In this document: one piece after another, positions 39,890 to 54,300 of the stretch
Layout: every line of letters begins with the position of its first letter
Position numbering within the stretch: the first letter of the stretch is position 1
Origin: Paramecium tetraurelia
Taxonomy: Eukaryota
Assembly (NCBI GenBank): GCA_000165425.1
Contig: CT867991.1
Location: forward strand, 1 to 64,000
Reading direction: 5' to 3'
DNA: 64,000 nucleotides
Notes under the pieces: generated by a model
What the model saw: only the letters and a program-made list of their open reading frames with translations
Told to the model about the DNA's origin: nothing
The model's database searches: none
Position numbers and translations under genes: made by a program

Positions 39890-41053
39890 ATGAAGAATCA
39901 ATCTGATGAACAGTAGGAAAATTAAAATAATAGCACATAATTCGAAGACAATAATGGAATTGATTTGGGCATACGCAAAGTAATAAAATTGGGAGAGAAT
40001 GGAGATAAGACTTGTACAAGCCTTAGCATTATTTTAGCCACCAATTTGCAATACAAATCTTTAAGAGACACAGAATAACAAAAATAAGTGATATAGCAAA
40101 TTAAGCATCTTGCACGATAAGGCTCACATATGTACGTAACTATCTTTTTATATTATTTTGATCATTGCAAATACAGTTTCCCATATTCCTTATATTACAT
40201 TATTGCCTATTTATTATTATTTTAGCACCGGATATTTAGAGCTCCCCACAGAGGTAATAAACTAATACAAAAAGAAAAGCAACTCAGACGCCTTGATAGA
40301 TGAAGTGCTATTAGAGTAAGTACCTTTTCATCGCTCCCCAAAACTATATTTCCTTATATTCATCATTTATTTTTTCATTATATTTTTACATAGTAAGTTT
40401 TTACCGCCAAACTCGATCACTCCGCTTATATTCACTAAGAAATTACCTCAAGGTGGACAGTATAGACAAAAAGGAACTTAGCCATTGTGGGTAAATGCAT
40501 TTGAGAGCCTCCTGAGTGTTGTGGTCTAATTGTATTACAAGAGTGATTAGAAATTAGCGGAATTTATGAAAGAAAAGGTCTTGATAGATAGCAAAAAAGA
40601 CATTAAGCAAGTAATTCTTACAATGTATAAAAGGAAAAGAAACCAGGAAGAAAAAAGAAAATTCTTGATAACGATTCTCCTAATCAAGAACAAATCGAAT
40701 AATAGCAGCCAAACAGCTAAAATGTTTACTCTCTTTTATAGCAGGATGTGTTGGACATACTCATCTCTCCCTTGAGGAACGATTTTTCATTCGGTATTCA
40801 ATCCGTTTAAATCTCATAGAAACTTGGACAACCAAAGAAATTGCCATATTTGAATGCGGATTGTGTAGGTATGGTAAACAATACGAATTCTTGTCACATC
40901 TAGTAATTATATTCTTAAAAGAGATAGATTAAAACGAAAAATGCATAAGATATTATTCAATTTTATTACAATTGGAAATTCACAAGCCATTATAAGTTAT
41001 GGAAAATAAATAAAGCATATTATCATCGCAGCAACCTTAACAACTATGTCTGA
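39890..41053 (+). CDS. SANT/Myb-like domain protein (co-repressor-type SANT)
   Basis: C-terminal ETWTTKEIAIFECGLCRYGKQYEFLSHLIKTKNAQDIIQFYYNWK; three tiny introns plus two long candidate introns (40136-40225, 40316-40393). A possible extra 5' exon starts at ATG 39803. Confidence 0.82.
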
Positions 41054-41241
41054 AATGATTTTATTGGCAATCCCCCTATTTTATTTTATTAATAATACAC
41101 TATCAAATATTCAAATTCTATTCCTCCTTTTCATTTCCCCACAACTTACCACGTTTCATAATAATAAAATAACAAAAATAATATATACGAAACCACTATT
41201 ATTTTAGCTAATTACATCTAATAAGTATATATTAAACATCA

Positions 41242-43812
41242 TCATTATTGGATATTTATAATTTCTTCTATGATAAACTTCTCCCACCCATTCCTAGATA
41301 CCTTTAAGCTCACAGCCTTCTCATATGCATCCTAAAGTAATAAGTTTTTGCCTGGATGGTTATGAGGTAGATTTAATTTTATCTGAACTGCTAACTAATA
41401 AAATGCTTTTTTTTAATCCTAAAATAATATTTAAATATTAAACTTCATTCAAAATGATTGTGGGACTGCTTCCCTCCTTACGAATTGCCAACCCATCGAA
41501 ATCTCGTTAGTATTAGATATCTGATACAATACTATTTGTCACTCTATTGGTTTTAGTTTCTGGGTTCCTTACATCCCATTCCGAGTTGATTTAGGACAGA
41601 ACCTCGTTGTCTACATTCTATTCCAAATATTGTGCTCTCAAATACTTCATATTTTCTAAGTCCTCCTTTTAAATTTTCTTAAATAACTCTTATTCAAACT
41701 TGGCTTGCTCTAAATTACTAAATAATATTGTTTATATTACGCTTTCTCAATCTCAACCTATTTATTTAATCTGCTGAGTTCATTTTATAAAAAGCTCTCG
41801 TCTTCCAATTAATTGTTTTAGCTTTCTTCTACAAACTATAATTTGAGTTGCTTCTCTTATGAAACTGCCAAAACCCTTTACAAGGTCAGTATCATAATGA
41901 ATCGTTTTTGATCAAAATTTGATTAGTACTTCTGATACTGTTACGCCAATAACTCATTGTACTGCTTGAGTTTCTTATAGTTTTAGGAGCATTGGATTAT
42001 TTTTGTAATGCAATTAATTATTTCCTCATTATTCATCAACTCATCTTCTAATTGCTTAGATTGAATAATAATGTTCTATTTTAATTACTCTAATTTCTGA
42101 TTTAGATTTAGAATAAGAGTATGAGCATTCTGTGTTTTTGCTTATTGTTTAGATTTAGCCAAACAACTAATGGAATGAGAATCTACATCCTCAAAAGGAA
42201 TGAGATCTTCGCATATAACACACAATACTTATAGATCGTCTTACTTATTGCCATTATTTTTAGAAAATGCCTAGTTGTTTTTCTGCAATTATTTAGGTTC
42301 CTTTTTATTTGAGTAATTTTACCACTCAGGTAGGATGGCTTTAGGTTATGTTCTCTAAAATTTTATTGCTTTTTCTGCTTATAAAAATAGTTCTTTTTGA
42401 TCCAACCTTTCTTATTGCATTGTAAGTAAAGTAGGTGATTAAGGATATTTGATTGGAGATTAAATGGCTTATGATTATTTTTGAGGTTAAGGAATAACAA
42501 TCTATTGTTAAGAAGTGCGATTACTTTATAGCCTAGATTATTAATCTAGGATTGGGTTAGTTTTATTGGGTGATTGAATTTTTCTGGAATATTATTATAA
42601 TTGAGCATCCAATTAATAATCGTTATCCTAAACTCTATTGACAATGGTTCTTTGTAATACTTTTTGATTGGCCATAGGCTAAACCATTTATGAGAAGTAA
42701 ACTTCTGTATTTTTTTTATTGATTTAGGCTTCAGGTTTATTATTTATGAAACTAGAATGTCTTAATGGTAATATTGGTGCAGAAGGTGAGGGGGAAGTGA
42801 GTGAGTAATTTTATGAGTTATCAACATTGACTATCTCGGTAATTTTGATTGTTTCAAATTAATCTGGACTGTTAACCCTGAATTTTTCTGGCTTATTATG
42901 AGAACTTTAATAATTACTTTAATAATTTTCAGAATATTATTATTACTCTATTTATTTCTACATTGTTGGAGATATAAACCTACTTTTTGGAGGGGTATTT
43001 TGAATTACAGGATTAGTTTCAATAGGTTTAGAATAAGTGTTGTTGTATGTAGTGGGAGTGTATTTAATTGGGTCTTTATTGTTTTGTAAAGATTACATAT
43101 TGGGTTATTATGACATTATTGATTATGATTTGTAATTTTGATCGAGTGGTTAGTATAAATTGGTAGTTGTGCTTCTGTTCTCATATGCTGGATAATTATT
43201 ATTAGGATTTGCTAACATATTAGAGCCATCTTGGATTGGTTTATTAAATTGCTAAAACTGAAAGGGTGTAATAAATTTATTATTGGTATGAAGATCTTAG
43301 ACTTGATCTTACAATTCAGCTCTCAACTCCTCGTCGCAAAGTGTTTAGGCATTTTTTGTGTTCTGATTGAATTAACTTGGTTCTTCAAATTTCCTGTAAA
43401 TAGAATCCATCTATTATAATGGTCTTGAGAAATTCTCCTAATTAAGAACGCCAAAAAATGATGAATTTATTAAACTATCTTCCTCTGAATATTTGATGAT
43501 TTCTTAATTATATTTTTTCTAGTCAACTACCTACGTAATGGATAGAGTGTTATTATGGAATTGACTCTCGGTTGTTCCCCTATAAGCAGGCGATTAATCA
43601 ATGTAAAAATTGCGATTGTCGAATGGTTGTATCATGCTATCATTCAGCCTGGATGAAATGTCTGTTTCTGATGAAAATATTTTATCAAATTCGCAAGGCA
43701 AATCCGATCCTATTGTAGGTTGAGGTATCTTAGGTACGTATTCAGATCTACGATAACTCATTGACATAGAGTGATCTACAGGCTGAAAAACTGGGTTAAC
43801 AAATTATTTCAT
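41242..43812 (-). CDS. Hypothetical Q/N-rich protein with a C2HC zinc-finger-like motif and coiled coil
   Basis: MKQFVNPVFQPVDHSMS..; CVICEDLIPFEDVDSHSISC at ~42165-42225; ends KFIIEEIINIQQ*. Confidence 0.75.
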
Positions 43813-43899
43813 TTATATTAATTTTTAATACTCTCCATTAAATTCAAAAAAAAATCCCTTTACTTATTTGAGACATCTTACAATTTGCAATATAATTTT

Positions 43900-45130
43900 A
43901 TGGTTCCTTCCCCCAAAAGTAAATATAAACACAGGTGACATCAATTTTGAATTGGGGGAGACCCAATCACGATAGATTCGAATTTTCTAACTTACAATTA
44001 GAGTTGAGGAGGTATGTAAAAAGTAAATTCTATAAGGAATGAATTAATCAATGGATTGAGAAAATGTAATTTTTTTTTTTGATTAAATTTTTAAATGATT
44101 TAGAATCAATCAGCTAGTGTTCCTAGTGAGGAGAGTAGTATAGTTCATGAGCCTTTTGAAGGAGGTGATCCATCTCCTCTAACTAATCAATCAATTAATA
44201 TGGGAAGTAATATTAAAATTTTAATGGTATTTAGATCCACCTATAACTGTTGTACCAACTTAAGTGAGTGAATTGACTTAAATGAATTAAGAGAATGTTG
44301 AAGGAGATTCAAATGCTCCAGGTGATCAGGATCAGAAAATTATAATTCACAATTTAGAATAGAAATTAGCGCCAGCTTAAGAAAGTTCATTAATTGAAAC
44401 GAAAGTTTGTTATTTTTAACATATAATTATTTAGTGCAAGAAAAAATAAAATTTCCCAGCTCTAAAGTTACGATAAGAATTAATCAAATACCTCTTAAAT
44501 TTTTGGTAAAGATTTAGTAGAATTTTTTAAGTTTTTTTGTCGCAAAAACAATAAAGGAGAGAACCAAAGCCAGGTAAAAATTTATATATAGGACAAAGAA
44601 GTAAAAACAACAGATGCGGATCAAATGGATTCCCTAAACTAAAGCGGCATTCAAAAAATAGAAAAATTATTTAATAATGTAATTGAAGTAATTTTTCAAA
44701 GTAATTGTTTTTAAAATTAGTTAATACTGGAACAAAATAAACTGAAACTGTACAATTAACAAAAATATTTTAATTTTTAGATAAAAATAAATATAAGGTT
44801 TTTGATTTATTGGGAAATTTGGGTTAAAAAATCAAAATCCTAATTAGAAAATGAAAAGAAATAAGGTGAAGTTAGTAAAACGCAAAACAATCAAGATAAA
44901 GAAATGGCAGAAAACCAGAAGAGAGACACTCCGAAAGTATAATGTTTGAATAGATACATTCCAGAGATAGAAAATTAACTACTGAATCTAGATGATTATT
45001 CATCCTCTTAATAAGAAACTTGTGAACCACGAGTTGATTGTTATGAGGACCCTCCTCGTCAGTTGATGTAGGAACGTAAGAATTCATCAGAATTTGAAAA
45101 CAATGATCAAAATTGTAAAATAATTAATAT
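43900..45130 (+). CDS. Possible multi-exon hypothetical gene or pseudogene (model unresolved)
   Basis: E/Q/K-rich coding-like blocks separated by GT..AG 20-30 nt AT-rich gaps; a complete frame could not be assembled. Confidence 0.35.
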
Positions 45131-45347
45131 AATTTTATAGAAGCAGGCCAAGAATAATATTTTTTATTCAATTGTTTCAATTGTTAGATCTTTGATTTAG
45201 GAAAACAATGAGAATTTAAATAATTATTAAAGTACAGAAATATACAAATTTATACAAATTTATAAAAAACTCCTAAGTTGTTAATTCATTAGCTCACTAT
45301 AAAAAATTACAAATTTATAATGTCTGTAAGGTAAAAATTTATATTAT

Positions 45348-48300
45348 TCATTCATTCTATCTCAATCTGATGACACTCACATTGCAGCTTACATTACTAA
45401 CACTCTTATTTATATCTTATACTGGATGTACTTGGCAATAGCTTGGTTCTTTGAGCAATTTTTTATATTTGCAATACAAGTTGATGGAGCAAGCTGAGAC
45501 GCTTATGAATGCAGCTGCCAAGATAATAATCACAATAGTCATGATTGTAAATTGTTCCGTAGTTAAAGTATCTGAAATACAAGAAGAATCAGATAGTGAA
45601 TATCCGATCTTACAAGTGGTGCAAATATCTGGAGCTGTGCAGTCCTCGCAATCATCAGGACACTTTGGCTCACAAAGTTTAGTAGATATATTTCTAAAGT
45701 AGCCTTCGGAACATTCAGTTTCAATACAAGCTTCATTGTTATTTAATTGATAGCCATTCTTGCAGATCTAACATGTCCAAGGGATTTCACAAGAATCACA
45801 GAATGCGCCACAATCCATAATGCACTAGTTGTTTTTGTTCAAATAGAAGCCGTATTAGCATTTCAAACAAACCAGAGGTGATTGACAACTTTGACATTAA
45901 TAACTACAAAGATCAGATGAGGAAGATGAATCTGTAATCAAGGTTCCATACTTATTGTATTTTTACATAAAAATGCCATCCCCTAGAATAGTTCCATCAG
46001 AATCAATATTTTTGGCTGTCCAAGTCACAGCAAATTGATTCTCATTGATAATTTGTATTCTTGGGGTTTGAGGATAAATGCCTTCGATTTACACTTCAAT
46101 GATTTGGCTACTGGACACACCCATAGAATCGAAGATCTAAAATTCAATTCCAATTGATTTATAATTGGAGTCAGTGATCTTCCAGGCAACTATAAATCCA
46201 TCATTAAATGATTAGATATCTGGAGTCAAGGAAGCAATCTAGATGTCACCAACACTCTTAACCTCACTTCTTGTCTTTAGATCCTTAGATATTAATTAGT
46301 AATTCAAGATGAATTGAGGTTAGGATAACTATAGGTTTTTGTTTTCCCATAAAAACACCATGATTCCATTAGCTAAGTTAGTAACTCTTAAGTTGATGGA
46401 ATTAGAGTCGGCAATTGCTTTTGGAGAATCAATCAGGTCTCCATCTTCAGTGATTTATTGAACAAAGACATAGCCATCACTTTAGTAGGTTAAGGAGATT
46501 ATTCCATTTTCATCGGCTACAATAGATGGAGCAGCTAATTAGTTAACCTTTTTAATTTCTTGAACTGATGTCTTACTATTCATGAGTGAGTCATATGATG
46601 AAATGAACATGGAGAAATCATTAGATACTTTATCGCTTTTGGCCATATAAGCAATCAATAAAGAATTGTTTGGAGTCTTTTTAATTTGACAAGGTATTTT
46701 AATGTCTTGTAAATCTGTTTTTTGATGAGTTCCCAATAGAATATCTTGGCTTTAAGCAGTCCCATCAGAGGAAAACTTCTTCAATTTAACGTCGGTTGAG
46801 GCTGAAGAAGCATCCATCCAAGTAACAAAGAATTCATAATCAATCGAAATTATGTCTGCATAAAAGTTTTGGATGATGGATTGCTGACTTAACAATCTTC
46901 TGGCATTTCCAGTAACTTTCATTGGGTCTCCAACTTTGACATTATCAACAGAATACAATTAGAAATAGACACCAGCATTATCTCCATTTTAGTACCACAT
47001 AAGAATGTAGCTGCCATCAGGGAAGGTAGCCATAAGGGGTGTTCCCACAGTTGTATTTTTGATTTAATCTAGAATGGATGAATTTTCTTATTGGCACTTT
47101 TTGTCGGATGTAACTACATAGCCGAAAGCACAAGTTTAGCATTCAAGAGGAACACTGCATTGACTGCAATTAGCAGGACAATGAGGAAGACATTTTTAAT
47201 TATCAGTGCTGAGATAGTAATTATCATCACACACTTTACAATAGGTTGTTGTCGTAGTGGTGGTGTCTTCTAAACATTGTGCACAATTACTAACACAAAT
47301 AATTTTAACGCATTGTCCATTTACTAATTTGTATCCGATGTTACAAGCGTCACAAACTGCAAAACTAGTACATTGATTACAATTGTCTTGACATGTCAAT
47401 TTACATTTGCTGTTAGTATCCAGTTAGTAATTTTGACTGCATTATTCACAGTAATAGGAGTTGATACACTTATCGCAATTAGCTATGCAGTTCTTATTTG
47501 TGCTCCAAAATGGAATATTACCGAATTAATCATATTGTTTGTAATAAATGGTCACTTTTTATGACTCTGGTGGAAGACTTTATTAGTATATTCTTTACTC
47601 CTGGTAAATTATGTATCCGTTTGAAGTTTGCTTATAGAATCGCTTCTGCCATCCTTTATTGAATAAAACAAATTGTGGCTCCCCAATTTTCATACCTGCA
47701 TTGTCGAATCTCTAAGAATATATTTCAATATTTTCATAGTTATGGTAGTTAGGCTTTTCAATTATTATTGTGAATGAATCTTAGAAGGCAAATAGCTGAG
47801 CAAATTGCTGATTGGAGAATTTGTTCTCCAACACCAAAGCCTCAGTTGTTAAGGGTATATCTTAGCTATCAAGTATTCTGTAATACACCTAATAGTTGGA
47901 TTCAATTTCATTGCTACTATAATACTTAAGATTTTGGGTTCCTGAAATAATTTAAATCTTATTGCCATTAGATAGTTAGTAAATGTCACAAGAATTGTAG
48001 TGGAATATTTCTGAATACAGACAAACTTATTTGGTTTGTTAAATGGTTAGGGAATTAGAAAATGTATATCTTTCATCTTTTTTAGATAACATGATCGAAT
48101 CCTTGATTCTGTTAAAATCATACCAGCCTTAACTGCAATCAAATATTTATTCTTTTTGAATCACATTAAATGATTCATCATACAACACTCTAAACACTCC
48201 AAAGAATATCTTGTAATAGATCAGAGAATATTGATTAATGCCAATTGGATTCAAAATGATATTCCAAATGTTGATGTTTGTATCAATGGTTTCAATTCTC

Positions 48301-51300
48301 AAAAGAGTGTTTAAGACTTCCTCTTGTTGGGCATTATACTTTATGATCTTAATACCATCATTCATATGGAACAGCAAGTAATAATTCTCTTCAATGTAAA
48401 ATGGATATATGGAGTAATAATTGGTTGTTAATGTGTTAGTTTAAACCGAAATCTGCTTAATCAAATCATTGTTTTAGTAAATGTATAGAGTGAATATCTC
48501 TTTTTATTGATCAAATAAGGTTTGCTAGGTGTAAAGGATTGTTTATCCATTAGGCAATACATTCAAATCAATGAGATTATTTAAGAACGGATAACTCAGC
48601 AGAACTTGGGGTTCTTGATAATTGACTGGAATTGGTGAGCATTTTCCTTGTACTCTCTAATAGTATCCATCATAACAAATTTCACAAATCTTTGGAATCA
48701 AACATACGAGGCAGTTACTTTCACATTATGGCATACATTATTGATCCTACAGTAAATATTAGTTCAAACATTGTGAACAAGTGTTTTAAGTAGCACATGA
48801 TCTACAATCTCTAGAACAAACGATCTAATCTATTGGAACTATTTTTGGTTCCTTAGATAATCTTTAAATATAGATGTTCTAGTTAACAGAATTGATCGTA
48901 TATTAATTATCATTTTATGAAGGAGCATTACAATAAATGAAATACTGATCAGCATTGATATTTGATAACACATACAATTTTGTTTGATAGGCAACGAATT
49001 ATTATTAGAAGTTGAATCCGAATGGCAGCAATTCAGTCACTTACCAGTTGATATCAATATAAAATTAACGATATAAAGCTAAATCCATGCTTTCAGATAG
49101 AATCAATAATGCCCCATCATTTAAACTGAAGAAATCTATCATTTAGAAGTAAGCATATTTCTAGTATTGGTTAAAAGAGTTGTATGCCACAAAGATTGGA
49201 TTACCAACTGGAGAGAACTGATTGTTGTAAAATTGTACTTTGACTTTCTATGATTCAGATACTTAGATGATACTAGCCAAAGCAAAGTAATGAGAAATGC
49301 TAATCAATTTAAATTGATTAATTTGATCATTATCCCAACCTTACAATTCTTAATCAGACAACAGGACTCCCTCTTGTGAGTAAATGCATACACTATATCT
49401 AAATCCAGTATTTTAATATAGAATAGCTAATTCAGTTGTTGTCACAGCCACTTCCAAACTCTAATACTATTTCTAATTCAATATTTATGTTTAGATAATT
49501 AGATTACTGGCAGAATCATAGAATTGTAAGTTGATTTGATTAATAGACAACCATATAATAACAAATCCACCGTTTTTCAGACTTACTATCTTATTGATGA
49601 AATAACTGTTCAATTAGAAATTCTCTAGATGGAAAATAGTAAACAATTGTTCATTTCCTATAACATCTAGATGATTATTAAATCTTATTCCTTTAATCAT
49701 GGCTTCCTTTTCTGGATTACCTTCAATAAATGTGATGATTGCTGTGTCATCCTCTAACACTGCCACTTATGGACTATGTTATGCACCAAAGACACTTTGA
49801 CTCACTCTAAAATTGTTGCCAACCTTCTGACCCTGATTATTTAACAATTAAGCAAACACTCCCCAACTATCCTCATCTTCATTGTTACTTGACCATGACA
49901 TCAAAATTGAACCATCTTTAAACTTAGCTGCACTTGGCGTAACTTAACTAAATTATGTAAACTCATTGATCTAAATGGCCTTATTTTCGAATTCATTCCA
50001 TATGCAAACTCCATCTATGCCAACATAATACTATGATTTGCATCTCATGCATCTTCCAAAATCACAAATCTCACAGAAAGGGTCACATTTTTTTTAACAT
50101 ATGCTATAAAACGATGTTTCATCCTTATAATAGGTCATTAGATTATATCCATCTTGACATTACGAACAATCTGATGAATCATTGCATTGCAAACAATTCT
50201 AAGGACAAACAACATGTTTGAATGGAGTGAATTCTCCAGTTTTATCTAATAGAGAATATGATAAGGTCCATTGTTATTGATTACTCCAAACACTCCAAAC
50301 CAAACAAACAATTTGATTGTCTAATTCAGTCAACAATGGTAGTGAACTATATTGTCCGTTAATATAATTAGATTTGATCTTGGTTCCCTATCTATCTAAC
50401 ACCACAAACTCGACTATTGATTATTTGTTCTTCTGACTCCAAGCTATAACAATATTTGAATTTGTTGTCACCATGCTGACACTTAAATCTCCTCTGAGAT
50501 AATTATCCAAATTAAATAGGGTCTAAAATTGAGTATTCATGATCCTTAGGTTCCAAGCTTATGTTCCAATTTATTTGAAAAGAATTACAATCTCAGAATC
50601 TAAAGTAAATTCAATCTATTCTATATTTGGTATGTCCAATGGAACCTCACCATAATTTTAACCTAAATAATTCAGTGCAATCATTCTTAATTGTGTCTAA
50701 CTGATAATTATTGTATAGAGGATGTCACCAAAAATGTAAAGGTTATTTATTTTATTGATATTGCAATCTCCATATGTTAGAGGTGTTGGATTATTGAAAT
50801 TGACTTTAGAATCTATTAGTAAATTGGATTAATCATAAAAGTAGAGGGATTGAGTTAAGCATTGCATGTATGCGAAATCAAAATAATAATTATCGTATGA
50901 AGTAACTAGAATAACGTAGCTTGATGAAAAGGCTTTGATAGTGGCAGAGGTAATTTGATATGGAAGTTAATTGGTAAAAAGTAATTTAAATGATTTGAGT
51001 GTCTCAAAGTAGTAATAAACCTAATAACTTTAAGGCTCTAAAACGGTGACTATTATAATATAAATTTGATCTTTGACAATAGCAGCATCCAGAGATAGGA
51101 TCTAGGCGTTTACATTGAAATCAGAAACCAGTAATTCCTTTCCTTAGGCGTTGAATCTTTAAAATCTCACAAAATCATAAGCCTAATATATCAAAGCAAA
51201 TTCATTATTTGAGAATTTTAGCACCTTCTTTCTTATTTCCTAATAAAATTGCTTATCAATAGTATATCTCACTTTTTCATCAATAGTTGGATCTTAAACG

Positions 51301-54300
51301 AGTGCTACACAACGCCCATCAAAACTAAAGAACATTCCATCCTTGCAAACATCACAATTAGAATTCTCACATGATTGGCAACCCTCAATAGTACAGATTT
51401 TCTAGCATAATAAAGTTTGTTCATTCCTATTGTATCCAGGTTTACAGATGTTGCATGTAGATTCCTAGTAGCATAACTCGCAATTTTAAGGACAAACGAT
51501 TTAAATTGCACTTTAAGACTCTCCGAATTAATCAAATCTTGCTAGTCTTATATAGGGTTTGTTAGTATATGTAGTAGGTTCGAATTACTATCCAGAAAAG
51601 AGAATAATTATGTCTGTATTCTAAAGCTAGAATAGCCCATAGATTCCATATTCTAAGGCTTTGATATTAACTTAGATTTCTCTTTTTACTTGTCCATCAA
51701 TACTAAAAGTTGTCAACTATAAACTGCGGATATTTTGTTCATCATAAGAAAAGATCACTAATTCGCTGTTTTGATTGAGAAAAATTTAAAGAGGTAGTGA
51801 CATTTATTAAATTATAGGGCTAGATTTAATTAATTATGCCTTGTCTATGATATTTATTTAAGATTTTGTCAGCACTATGAATTATTTTTAATCATTAATA
51901 GTCATTTTTATGTATTGTGCATCATTTATTTGAATATCCTTGATAAACCTTAGTTATTTATCATAAACTTTTATCACAGTGCATGATTAATAATTAACGT
52001 TGCACTACCATTCTACATAGCCATAGAGAATATACTCTCCGTTGGATATAAATTCAAATTAGTCATTGGTTGGGATTGCAACATTTCCTATCAATTAACT
52101 AAGATCAGATGTATAAACACTAAATAGTACAGTGCGCTCTACTTTTACAGCAACTCCAATTAAAGTATTTTATAGATTTTTCAGAATAAATGTTGAAGAA
52201 GAATACGAATTACCATTCAAATATGTTATTCTTCTATCCCCAATTCTGTTGAATTGGTCGTCAAATTATTCAACTACGTAATACAAATAGTAATTCTAGT
52301 ATTAACTACCTACAATATAAGCATAGGTCAAAACATCTTTATCATCAATCATCACTTAAAAATGAAGAATGGTTTGATCAAAAGGAACCTGAGGGTCTTG
52401 AGTTATTTCAGTAATCATCTAATTATCCTTAAGTAATGTGCCGTCTGAACTGACGACTCTAATTCCAATAGATTTGTCTGTATTTTTTTGAGTCACAATT
52501 ACAGTACCATTTTTATAACTTGCCACCTTATAACTGTCATATGAATATAAATTGATCAATAGAAAATCTATTTCCACATTTTATTTTATTTCATTGCATT
52601 AATTGTATCTGTTCCTATAAAATCCATCCAAACAATTTTAACAATCAGTTTTATAGTTTTTGCACTACGCTTACTTAATAATGCAATTTCCCAATTAATT
52701 TAGTATATATTTATCTTCATCGTAGCACTTTATGCATTTACCTAGGTTTGTGCACTCTTAGCATCCATTTGAGCATCTGTATTAACTAAAATCTAAGATC
52801 TCACCTATTTAATTTAACTTAATAGCAGAAATGGCATTTGATTTAGCTTAGAAATTATAAGAAATCCATCCAATCACAATATCTTAATTTGACAATTAAA
52901 TTATTTGCAAATAGTTATCTACTCCTTGTTTAACAAAACTATCTGAATTCAGCTATTATGGATTAGTAATTTTCTTATAGTCTTCTTTGGATATTAAAAC
53001 AGTTTTGTAAATTGTATTAGCTGTCATGTCTCCTTTGTAAGAACCTTCTCTCCAAATAACTGCAATTGAATCACTCAACATATGGGTCTTTAGATCAAGC
53101 TTATAAAATTCTGAACTAGTCGACAATTTCTTGGGTTCAAATAAATTGTTGTTATTGGCCTTTACCACATAAAACACTTCATATTTAGAATAACTAATCT
53201 CAGTCCACACTTCAAGGAATGACCCATCTTCCAATTCCATTAACTTGAATTCTACCTAAGTGTTGTCATTCTTCTTAGTAATAGTTTTTACTAGATTGCC
53301 AAAGAAATCATAGATCTTGTAAATGTATCTTATTTCTGATTTTTGAACATTTTCAATGCATATTTTAATGTAATTGCCTACAATTTAAACATCAATTGAT
53401 TGTGAAGATGATTATTATTCCATTTAAAGAACTAATATTGATTATTATTGAAATGAGATATCAATGCCTCCATTTTGGCCAGTAATCTTGATAAACTTCA
53501 TATATAACTATGTGGAGGTTTTTTAATCTTATTATACTTAATAGATCATTGCTATTTTATTATTTCCCAGGTGTTTCAAAATTAAAAACTAAACAGTTGA
53601 AGTTGATAATTAGTTTATCTATTACATTCTTTGAATAAGTAGTGTTTCTTTTTCATCATAAACCTTAAGTTGTATTTCTTATTCCCTGAAATTCTAATAA
53701 ACAATTATAAAGTAATTATTTTCGATCTCACATGCATCAAATACTACCATTTAAAGTCTCCCTACATCTTAATTTTATTTTGCTACATAATATTATTTGC
53801 CATATTGATCAAACTTTTAGAACATCAATTTATCCTACTCCTACCAGATGAATAACATGTCACTATTTGTAAATTTGACAATAGCAAACTTGGAAGTGAT
53901 ATCTTTTACGAATTCAACATTGAGTTATTTTAATTTACTTACTTAGAAACAGATGTTTTGAGTCAACTAATATTCTGCTTCACAAGTTTGGCAAACCAAT
54001 TCCACACTATTTGCTAAATATGCTGTACAATGAGGAATTGATGAAACACAGGCTTTATTGTTAAGAACATAATCCTTCTGACAGACTTAACAAACATCAC
54101 TTTCATTGCATTATAAGCAATTCTAGGGGCAAACAACAGTATCCATAGGTAATTAAAGTCCTTCACTGTTATATCTCTTCATGTATAAATCATCCTAAAA
54201 GCTGGCTTCTTATAACAAACTCAGAGTCCATGAAACCAGGAATTCACCTTATGGCAACTATGTTAATTAAGGATGATGGGGATATAGATTCCATTCATTG

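Noticed and set aside
40186..40360. TTCCTTATATT as a U12 (minor) intron branch point
   Set aside because: The 5' splice sites (gtaact, gtaagt) lack the RTATCCTT consensus, and the motif deviates from TCCTTAAC.
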